A DNA stretch of 64,000 nucleotides from NCBI GenBank assembly GCA_002633005.1, contig NMRA01000358.1:186001-250000 (forward strand), given 5' to 3'. The notes under the pieces are model-generated. The model saw only the letters and a program-made list of their open reading frames with translations, was not told the DNA's origin and ran no database searches. Positions 27,201 to 39,200 of this stretch are shown piece by piece. The stretch's first letter is position 1. The number at the start of each line of letters is the position of its first letter. The translations under genes and the position numbers were made by a program. The stretch is from Phoronis australis. Lineage: Eukaryota; Animalia; Phoronida.

Positions 27201-30200
27201 TTATAAATATGTACTTCTCTTTGTAGATATCAAGATTTGAGTCAGATATCACCAAAGCTAGCCTTGTGTTTGTAGATGGCAATATTCCAGCTGACTCCAT
27301 TCAATATGTGTGTGAAACGTGCCGTGATCACGGAGTACCAGGTAGGTATCTGCCCATCCCACTCGCCTAAACTGTTCTTTCCCCGTTTTCAACTAAGTCC
27401 TACCTACACGCTCCACTTTGTAGCGGAACCGTAAAAAAGCAAAATGCAACTTGGTAAGACCCTGCACCATAAAGGGAGTATGGGTAGAACACCTGAACAG
27501 CTGCCAAGTCATGTCACCGAAAACACATGGACAAACAATCAAAAGTCTGAATGCATTTTAATGACTTATGTTGCATCTGCTTGTATTCCCAATTTAGTTT
27601 TGCATGCATACTGTCTTATAGTTTTGACTGGCATCAGGTAATTCCTAAAACTTACAATAGCTTGGTAATTACACAGTTAGCTAAAATCACTTAAAACGTC
27701 ACAAATATTCCAAGTTTATAAGTTTGAGTAATAGTATTCAATGTTGGGAAATCTCAACAAAGAAGCAGCACATGCAATACTGATTTTGCAATTCAAACTA
27801 CGAAAAAGTTCAATTTTTCAAGGATGGATTTTAGTTTTTATTGTCTGTCGTGTTTAAAATGGGTGGTAAACAATGTTGCCATTAACAGGTAGCAGTTATG
27901 ACTGACAACTATCTCTTTTCCATAATCCCCAAACAAAAGAAGCCAGTCATAAAAGTCCTGGCAGAGTTGTAAGTGGTGTAGTTGACTATTGGGTAATCAG
28001 ATGTAGAAGGTCTTGAGTTCGAGTCTCACTGGGGAACACTGCTAGACCTTCGAGTCAGATCTCTAGCTCCTCAGCTCAGTTTCATCTATATGTATGTTAA
28101 TATAGCATAAGAATGGTTCCAGGTGATCATCGCAATAGGTCCACTGTCCTGAGCGGTACTTGTAGTAGCAGACTGTCTGCAATTATTTTTAAGGTCAGGG
28201 CCCGGTCTCCAATCTCCATTCTCAGACTCATACTCATACTCGAGATTTCATACTCAAAATCGTGCTCACTGGAGTCGTACTCAAAAAAGCGTATCTAATG
28301 TCGCATTTCGAGTAGACTCCAAACGTACTCAAATCTGACACTCATACTCGAGTTGCTATGGAACTCTTTATGATGTGAAATGCAAAATCACGCAAAGCTG
28401 CACTGATTCATCGCTCCCAATTGGAATAGACCAGCCCAAGAACTAGGCTTACATTATCGTCTGCTGTCGCTACAACTACAAGAGTATGTCTACAACGTGA
28501 AATTCTGAGTGTTCTGTAACTGTTATTCATTTTTTAGTTTCAATAAATATTCTTATGCCATTTCTTCGATACATTTGGCAATTATTAAGCTTTACTTCTT
28601 GAGTTCCTCACCCAGTCTCGAAAATGTCTTAAGAAATATGTAACAGCTTATCACATTACATCTCTGTTGCTAATTTAGTCTTGACATAAAACCCATTGCT
28701 GTGTAGGCCTACGCTGATGTCAAACTTTGATACTGTATCTTTGTATTTTACCGGGATGTATCAAGTGAGTTGACATTTGGCACGTGAGTTAAAAAACAAT
28801 ACTTGTGCAGGCATTCAGAGTTCACCAGTGGCAGTGAACGGGACGAGACGTCTACTTAGAAATCGGCAAACAAAATCTGGAATTCCATTTGGGGATTGAG
28901 GAATTATAGATGACTAAGTTATGATGAGAAATGTACCTGACAGGGAAGCGAACTTTTTTTAACTTCCCTCCCCTCCTCGTCTTTTGGAAACCCTACAAAA
29001 CGTAGGCACACATACCGAAATAAGGGCAGCACAAACTTCTCACACGACTTTTCCCACAACTGCTTTCGACGCTTGTTATGACTCGCCGACAAGGGATTAC
29101 AATGCGCCTGTTGCCAGGAATTGTAGAGGTAGAATGGCGGCCATAACATACAGTGATACGGCGGGTTAATAAGGTGAAGAATAAGAAGATTTAAGATGAA
29201 AACTATTATCTCTGAACTGAAATTGAAGTGCTGAGATACGGTAAGAGGACTTATTTTTTTAGATTTGCTGTGTTTCTTGGTTCCCTTTCGATATTTTGTT
29301 CTCTGGCTCGTATTTATTTTCGAGTACGATTTCAAGCACACTGCCATACCAAACTTGAAATTTGAGCATAGACTCCGAATTTTTACTCAAAATCGTACTC
29401 GAAATATAGATGAGATACACTTCAGTTCGAGTACACTCGAAAACTGAGTACGTGCTCGAAATTTCGAGTACAGATTTTTCGAGTATGACATTGAATACAC
29501 CAAAGCTGAGTCTGTACTCGAGTTGAGTATGAAGTGTGAGTTTGAGCATGATTCGAGTCTGAGTACGGAGATTGGAGACCAGGCCCAGATGTAGTGCCTA
29601 AGTAATGTTTTGAATTAATCAGATAAACTTTTTGTCTACCAGATTGGTTTAATATTTACTTGAAGTAAAAATTTGGGAAAATTTTGAGACAATGGCTGTG
29701 TATTTTGAGTTAGAATTCTGTGATACAATTGCACTCTAGCTATGAAACGGTACTTGAATAGCTAATTTTTTTAAGAGCCACACTATGTTGAATTTCACTA
29801 TCCTGCCAGACAGTGATCATGTCTTTGGTGGGCAGGCATTCAGCGCCACCTACAAATCCCATGTAACTCGTACAATAGGTTTCAACCTACTGATGTAAAC
29901 AGCGTTTTAAAACTGTCGTAATAGCGGAATATTTCCACTGCTGTGCTGTGGGGTGTACTAATGGCTTGCAGAAAAAGGCAAACATCTTGAAATGTTATGG
30001 ATGAAGGGCATCATGTTCCATACATTTCCCAATGTGAAGACGAATGCCCTGCAGCGAAGTCAATGACTTAAGTATCAATGGCAGGAGCTGACAGATTTAT
30101 TTCTGCTTTTAAATTAATAAATTGATGTAGTAATTAAATTTCTCTTCATTCAGTCTTGGTCGGGATCACGTGAAGTGCTCTCATTACTGTAGAGCACCAA

Positions 30201-33200
30201 TATGAAAAATCCGCTATTAAGGAAAACTTTGTTCAGTACCATGCCCAATGTGGTGGACATAAATAATTTTTCTTTATCAAATTTTTGTGTAGAACTGGAA
30301 AGCTACCTTATCCTGTCATAATGCACCTAACACAATGATTGAGAGTAAGGGGAGACATGCTAGTTTGTACTGAATCACTATGGAGAAAATGCACAACTCG
30401 GACCAAAACTTACACTGTACTCTTGTTTGCCTTGCAATTGTGTCCTGTAGTCAAAAGACTGACTGAATTTTTGCCAAAGGCACACCAGTCTTCTTTCAAC
30501 GGCCTCCACTATTGTTTTGAGTGCCAACAATAAAAAATATTGTCCTATAACTGTCTAAATTTTAGAAGTGATAAGGCATTTATTTTCGAGCTGTTTAGCT
30601 TTGATAAAAGTATGTCTGAATAAACAAAACTGGACTTGTCTACAATATTATGTTCTAAAGGTGGGGTCTTACCATAGCTGCAATACCCAAGAATCATCCT
30701 ATGTCCTGTGGATAAAAGTTCACATCCTTGATTCGATCTACAGGACACAGAAGTCAAGTGAACGTGTGTAATAAGCTTATGGCCAAAAATGGGCAATCAT
30801 TGAACATGCTACATGTAAATGGTGTGCAGACCACTGCTTTGAATCTTACAAATTCTTCATGGGAGATTGTCGACAGATGTCCTATAGGAGAACACTGATT
30901 TGTCAGTGGCAGTTCTAAACAGAAAAAAGCCTTCCTTTACACATGTGGAAAGCTGGGTTTCGCCAAGCAATGTTGCCAAGATGTAAAAATTTGGAGAATC
31001 ACAACTTGGAAATAGCTGATCAGATTCAAACAAAACTTTTATATTTTTATATGATTTATGCATTTTTCTAAATGCATTTGTTGGTTTTTAAAATTTCAAG
31101 TTAGTGCAAGAAAATCATCCCTATTTAGAAAACTGTGACAGCATTTTTTAGGTTTTATCTTGAATATTTATTTGCACACAATATTTGCAACATTGGCACT
31201 ATGGAGACAATGGTAAATAATATAATTTTTGATTTGAATCTTGAATATTTACGGAAATGTAGTTTTATTTCTGTAAAGACATGGTCATCAGGCACAATCA
31301 AGGAGAGATTGGCACAAAGTTAAATAATTATATGCTCCAGCTTTATAATTTCTGAGAAATAGATTGCTATCTAGTTAATTTTATAATTTTGTAGAAATTC
31401 GGGTTTTCTAAGTGCACGAACTTACTAGCCTTAAGATTATGTAGGACTCTAGGAATTATGTCCTCATTTGACAAACTTTGAAACCTGGTATCTCACAAAT
31501 GGTGAATCGGATTCAGATGAAAGTTTTACACACTAGGCTTTATGTATTGTTCTCCAAAAAAGTTATTAGGAATTGTTACACGAATTTTGATAAAAAAGAG
31601 ATGTTGCAAAAATAAAATTATTTAGAAAACTTCAGAGTTTTAGAGATTTTCTCATGAGCATTTATATCTCACGAAATTTGTTCATGCTATTGACACCGAT
31701 GTTTTGCTATCAATGTACATTTACTTTTTGCTAAATTTTACTAAATAGACATGGTCAAATGACCCAATCAATGGCTTACTAGTAAAAATTCAAATTCTAC
31801 AGACTTTCGGCTTTCATAAAAAAATCCAGAGTTTTGTGGATGTTTGGCCAAATACACACATTGTGGACAAGACCTACATAACCTTAAGTCACAAAATTCT
31901 GTTTTTTCAAGTGCTGCCGAAGTGCATAGAACTACATTACTATTACTATTACTACTACTAAAAAGTTAACAGTAGAACTGTATGGTAAAGAGCAACAGTC
32001 CGATAAAATATGTACATTGTATTTCCTTCTGTCTGTAACAAATATACACTATGTAAAATATGTATTAAAACAAGCCCTAAGATGATAAAACTATACTATA
32101 GTCTGCAGCGTAGCTGAACACTAACAGATGGTGAGGGAATGTCAGCCTCTTTAAACTGGAATGAAATTGTCCTCTTCACAAATACATTAGGTTGGACCAC
32201 TAGCTTTACTAGCCTGAACATCTTCTTGATATGTGTTTACAATTATGGTGGAGCTTACAGCTGTCAGCCTACATATTTAAACAATAATATGTTCTTATAA
32301 TACAATGGAATGTTGTGTATGTAGTTAATAAAAACATGGTACAAGGTCACATCATATACAATTCTGTCCCACTGTAAACTCACTGCAGAAGTAGATTATC
32401 AGTGAGTCATCTTGGGTTTAGCTAATATTGTCAAAACTATATACAAATAAAACACTTTACACCTCCTTCCCAATGACAATGATTCTGCACCAATAAAGCG
32501 CTTGACAGCTGAGGAGTGTTGAGATGCCTATAACCTCAACTACAACAGTGCCTACTTAGTAATTAGAAAGCAACACAGTGTCAATACTGGGAATGTCCTC
32601 AAACTTTGGACTGTACTGCTAGCTCTACATGCATGGTCTGTTGTCTATCATCTTGTTTGCTCGATTTGTTCCGCTCCACCATGGCATCGACGACCAGGAA
32701 AATGCCCGAGAAGATGGCAAAGAAACCACACAACACATAGAGTCCATAAGACCAAGACAGGAAGTTGTGGTCTGGTCGTGGCATCCACACTCTATCCTCT
32801 ACCTTGACTCCAAACACAAGTACGATGATTCCTATGATGAGACCTGTACACAAACAGTAATACATTAATTAATAGCTAATCAGATCAGGAATTTATACAT
32901 CTGTGGACTTCAGCTAGCTCAAGACCACCACAGGTATTTACCATTAATTTTCTAGTGCCATGCATGCCCAGTGCACTGTCCCCAATGTAATAATCAACGC
33001 CAGACTAAACTGCAATTGATGAAGCCTAGTATCCAAATTCCAGTTGCAGGACTGTCAAGCACCTAACCCTCGATTCGGCAGGAATTTGTCCACAATTAAT
33101 GCAATATATTTGCTAAGAAATGAGCTTTCATGTATAGTTTGTTGTACCTAGGGGTTGGGTATCATTAGCCAATATCGAAACATACCAGAAAAGAGCTGTA

Positions 33201-36200
33201 GGCCTGTATTGATGAACAAATTGAGTACATGTCCGCTGTGACTGCAACACTTGAGGAAGTCAACGGTCAAAAGGGCCACAGAGACGATGTGAGTGACCAG
33301 GATAGCAACAGATAGCACTTGGATGGCTATGAACCAGGCTGCAATAAAACAAAAACAATCTTAGAAGTTTCACAATCTACAATGACAAGTCTTTGAAAAT
33401 GCCAAGGTCCCTGTAAACTGTGCTTTGATGTATTCAGATTAAGGAAAAAGGTTATTCAGATTTTTATTACAGCCTACAGTGAAAATCAAAAGTTTATTGC
33501 CCGAAAGTGTGGGTTACCTGCCCCTTTAAATATTTTATACATTATTTCTAAAATCATTTCTTTTTTTCAATGATGCTTTCTTGGCGTCTATGTTTTTCTT
33601 CAATAGTTGAGGTTCAACAATACCATAACAAAAGGTTGTTTAGCTGGTAGAAATTAACCAGAAATTCTTTTTACGCAATTATCACACATTTATTGAAGTA
33701 ATATGTCAGCAAATTGATTTTTAATGTTAAAAAAGTGACTTGGCAAATTGATTGCTCTGCGTCCTTTCAAGTTCCATACAGGTGAGTCATTTTACCAAAC
33801 GGCCGCCATTTTGACTCGCATGACCTAGATAAATTTTCACCTGTTCTAAAATATACGACAAAAGCCTGTGACAAAGTCACGAATTCTAGTCTATTTTAAA
33901 CTAACTAAGGATTAAGAAAGGCTTAAACGCAACTTACGAGGGTTAAGCCAATATCTTATATTATCGTATTCCCGTGAAAATATCCACTCGCATCCAAAAT
34001 ATTTCTTGGCCAGGTAATCTTGAGGATGGACATAACCGTAGAAACAGCCTTCCCACAAACCGAGCCGTACAAAGTCACTGTGAACTGTCGGCCACGACTC
34101 GAGCCAGTATGGAGTTGAGAAACTGATCACATCTAACAGTAAAACTAGCAGCGATAGCACCCAGGCTGCAGTGAACAAGGCCTGCGTAGCCATCTTCGCG
34201 ACACAACGGCTTTCTGAACTCAAACCGACTAGGTAGCTCGCTCATTTGCATATCAATAGACGCTGACAAACAAGGTGGACGAGTCCACTTCACGAAGGAA
34301 TGGCAAAAATTGAAAATCAAACGAACGGTTGTAGGAGTAAAAAGTTATTCGACTTACATCCCGCATTATTTCACCTTCAAATTAAAAATTAATATTAGTA
34401 ATTATGCTTCCATTTATAGCGAACTGAATTTAGGGTTAACAGTACCTATCGCTCAGGTAGGCCTACGAGTATATCTGGGTCAAGCTTTGCAAACCTTTTA
34501 GTTATCAGCCTAATTATTTACGGCACACTAAACTTTCCACGTTACTTCTTACAGTTATCTATATTCAGTTTTTGTGTACTTACGCGGTTGTAACCAATCC
34601 CTTATGTCATCGTATATTGTTGAGAATGTCCACCAACAACCGAAATACGTTCTGGCGGAGTAATCGTGCGGGTTACTGTATCCGTTAAAACAAACCTCCC
34701 AAAGACCAAGTCTTTGAAATTTATCGTGAACTCTCGGCCAAGATTGGAGCCAGTACGGCGAGACAAATGCTATCAAGTTTAAAACTAACGTTAATACGGC
34801 GAAAACAAAACCACCAGTGGCCCGACACCTGTCTATTCGTGTCGCCATCTTGGACTCCTATCTAACAATATTCGAATGCTTGACTCACAGGTATGACCTT
34901 ATTTGCATATCAAAGTATGTAGGTCATGGTATTTGAATTCGAGATTAAACAGTCACAAACCACCATCTGATACAATGTTACATGTTGATCTCACTTTACA
35001 ATTTTAAATAATTAAAATCTGATAAATGTGATTAAAACGCATATTGACTTACTGGGTGTAATGTAACTTCTCAGGTGATCGTAAGTATCGCTGAAGATCC
35101 AATGGCAGCCGTCAATGGGTTGGTTGATGATATCTCGAGGGTGTGAAAACTTGTTAAAGCAAGCTTCCCACAGACCAATCCTGACAAACTGGCTATCTGG
35201 CTGATCAGTGGTCAGCCAGTATCCAGTGGAGAAACCCACTAATCCTAACAGAAGGGCTAAAATCGCCGAAACCCAACCGCCGATGAACAGGGCCCGTGTT
35301 GCCATATTATCGCTTATATAACCTCTAACCCGAACGAAAACTGGACTGGCTAACCTGCTCTTTGGCCTACTGTCCGGTTCTTTTGTTTTATTTTTGTGTC
35401 TTTTCATTCTTCCCAGCTTAACCCCTTTTGATCGAAGTGAGTCTTGGAATGAAATAATAAAATGATTTAAAGTTTTGCTTGAGAGTCCGGCAGTGTTGAA
35501 AATAGTTTTATGATTTTCATATTTTCTGACAGCTTTCCTTTCATCAGTAATAATGGTACGTGCACAGATAACATGTTCGAACAGCATTTCTTTCAAGTCA
35601 TTATTGCTGGTAACTTAAATTTTAAGTCATCAAAATGGTATTTACAAAAAAACAGGTGCTTATTGTTCGTATGACCTGAACACCCCTTGAGGTAAAAATT
35701 TGAACTGTTCGATGACGCGACATATTTTTAGCGCCATTATGTCATCCACGAAATGCCCAGTCAGGAGTGTGATTACTGCGCGGTGGATGCCTGTCTTTTG
35801 CAAGCAAACAATAAAGCATGCCTGAGTATCACTAGCAAGAAATTTCAACACTAAGCTAATGTTAAGACAAATTGCTTAGATTAATGACTTAAGTATTCTG
35901 TAAAGTTAACCTACCAGAGGTTTCCGAAGGAGCTCCACCTGGCGCCTGCCGGGAATGTCCTCATGTCCCCAGGTAGCTCACGGTTTCGAACATCCCCGGT
36001 GCACTTGTAGCTTTGTCGTTGTTCTTGCTAAATGGTTTGTTCCATATGTTTGTATGTTTTTAACTGTATTCTATGTATTTTATTTTAACTACTGTATATT
36101 TCTAATTTCTTGGCGGCTCATGTATGTTTTGCTGTTCACCACTGATACTTACTACTTACTTATTCATTCACTCACTCACTCACTCACTCACTCACTCACT

Positions 36201-39200
36201 CACTCACTCACTCACTCACTCACTTACTCACTTTATCAGATATTTATTATCATTGATAAACAAGTACAAAAACGAACAAACACGTACATCCATTTATTCA
36301 CGCATGCACACCTTAGGAGAGACTATTCTCGTATCTCGTATAAAGTAAACAACTGCTACATGGAGTTAGCGCGAACAACAAAATTTTCCCATTTCAGTAC
36401 AGAGAAGCTGTCCTATACAAAATTTTTATATGCAATTAATTTTTCAGCATTATAGTACTGATAAGTACATGTAACAAACTTGTGAATATTAGGTATATTT
36501 TTGTGACATACTTACGTTCTTATTTATTTACTTACTTACTTATTTATTTACTTACTTACTTAATTACTATACTTGCATTGTTACGTATTTACTTACTTAC
36601 TTCTTACTTCATGGTTTACCAGCCCTCTTTGAGCTAACCAAGTTAAAACTTCAAGCCCCGCGCAAAATAGGGGTTCTGCAAAAGTTGTGTCATTCGAGGT
36701 CGTCTGGTAATTGTGGGACTTAAGGCGGTGTGGACTGACGTGGGTTGGCAATTGTAGGACTTCGGACTGTGCTGACCGACGTGGGCTGACAAAATTATGA
36801 GACTTGGGTTTTGACGACAAGATTCATTTCGAATTACTAGGGCTAACAGAAGCTAAGGACCCACAGAAACTTTTTATTCGGCACTGGTGCATTTATGGGT
36901 GGCATATAAGCGTTCCACCCAGATGGGTGACTTGTATAGATCGGATTACCTTACGGAAATGTTCACCTTTTCCCGAATGCTTATTGTGTTTCGACTCTTC
37001 GCTTTCTTCTTTTTAACACGCTTAGTTGTTAGCCCTACGCTTTTTTCACACCAGCTTTGACCAGCGCTTCTGTATGTGCGTATACGCCTTATTTAAAAAA
37101 CTGCTCCTACATCGGAAATTAGGTACGTTCCGGTGTACGCGATCAATTTAAGTAAAACTATGCTTGAAAGTGATGTTCTGGATATAGGTGCACCCCATTT
37201 ATTGTTTAACTTATTGCATTTGGCTGTTTATATTTAGTTTATAATTGTTCACATTGCTACTTTCACTGAGGTTAAGTAATTACCTTAAGTCTCTCAAACA
37301 ATTCTTTTTTGTTTTCTTCCAAATATTATCCACCATTCAGGTCTGTTCATGAGTATTTACTAGTTTTGTTCGTCTTAATTACAACATTAAAAGAAATCTT
37401 GCAGCACCTTGTGACCTGAAGTGTACTTATATCTGTTATTCCTAAAAGTTACATAAAACTTAAGTCTTTTCATTTATAATGTAGGAAATGCGTGTTTCTT
37501 ACGTGCAAATTGCCGTAGACAGCGCAAGGACACACACCCAGCGAAACGCACCTTATGTAAAACACTTGAGTAAACAATTTTCTTTGTAAAAGCGTTCTGT
37601 TTCGGATACCGTCTGTTACGGCAATTTCCACAGCGCCTAGCAATGAAACAGCGAATGAGGTCGCCACCTCGATTTCAGTTAACTTTGACTGGAAGCCTTT
37701 GTTAGGAAGCGTAAAAACAACTGCAGTTTGCTGTTTTATAACTCTGGTCGCAGCTAATACCGCACTTCAAGAAGATAATCCCATCTAAAAACAAGCCGGG
37801 CCCTTAAATGCATGTTTTACCGGCCGTAAAACTGATCGATTGTGTCCTTTTAAAACATCTACAAAAATCGTGTTATTGAGAAATCTACGGAAGGGTGACT
37901 TTTTCACAAATGATCTCAGGCCAGTCTCACTTTGTTGTGCTTACTCTCTAACGGAGTAGTATTCTTATCGTAATGTTCGAACATTGCCAGTCTACTTTGT
38001 AGTCATTTCAATGTGCCAAGTTTACAATTTTTAATAATCAATGGACGTGAAATAAGTGTCTGTGTTTAAAGGTTAATTAGGTGTGTGCTTTCATCTCGTG
38101 GCGGCACTTGTCCATGTGAGGCGGTGATTGTAATCTATCTTTAGTCATTGAAGGTGGTTATGGCAGACGTGGCTGGCTATCGACCAACCTTTCATCAAGG
38201 GCTTTGAAAGGACTCACAGTTCGTTTTGAAGTCAGTCTCAAGTTTCTGCTTGGCCAAAATAGATGTGATTTCTCGGCTTGGGATGAACTAACAGTTCGTT
38301 ATTTTTTTTTCTGGCCAATCTCATAAAATTTCAGATCACGGCACTGTGATCAGAAGTTTTATCCCGAGCTCAGAAACCACCACTAAACTGAGAAAGGAAC
38401 AAAACAAGATTAACTTTGTAACTGCATGTGGCCTAATTTAAAACTTGTTTTTACAGAATACAATGCTCGTTGGGTGTAATGCCACTTTAAAACGTTACTT
38501 TTTGCGGCTTGTGAAAAAATGCTTGGTGAACCTGGCTGATGCGAATGGTAGTGAGACGCCGGTTTCACAATGAGTCGGGGTGCAGGCCAGAACCAACTAT
38601 GCTTTTTGGCCTTATTACAGGTTAGTCAGTGATGTGTGCGGTAAAACTAACTTATTTACTTTTGCCTTCAGTTTGGTTTGACCCCACTGACGTGAGTAAG
38701 GCGCTCAAAGCATTTTCCTCCGGTGTCCCATTGTCCTTCATTTCGCCAAACTACAACGAACTACGAACAATCCACGAGAGTCTCGTTGGGCGGACGGATT
38801 CAGGCTTGGGTGAGTTTCAAGTGTGTTACAAGTTATCCCCTGGAGTCCTCAACTAGCAAGAGGACTCACTTGAGCGTTTGACGCCGCACTCTGTCACTCG
38901 TTTTTGTCTGTGTGTAAGTGACTGAAACGTTTGTTAATGACTTTTTTCACTCCGTCCCCTGGACAACTTTGCTGTCGTAGAGACGTATTTTATGAACCCT
39001 CATATACGTGCCATCTCTGTGTCTCATTTTAGAGTACTAACTGTGTCTCCTAAACACCTACATGTAGCAGTGTCTTCGTTGAATTTGGCTTGTCTATTTC
39101 TACCTGATTTTTAGAGCTCTAACGCTAGGCGTGTGTTGGAAAAATAGTTAGGGCCTTTATAATACTCTATTTAAACTACTCAGGAAGGTACGTGTACCAC

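Noticed and set aside
33780-33815. YY1-like AAAATGGCGGCC (minus strand) as a fourth claudin start
   Set aside because: The ATG is followed by a stop after five codons, with no phase-1 donor and no TM or ECL1 sequence.
33912-35596. Three separate single-exon claudin genes, as the ORF track suggests
   Set aside because: Each ORF encodes only TM1 plus ECL1 and runs into a stop just past a consensus donor; only one set of 3' exons exists.
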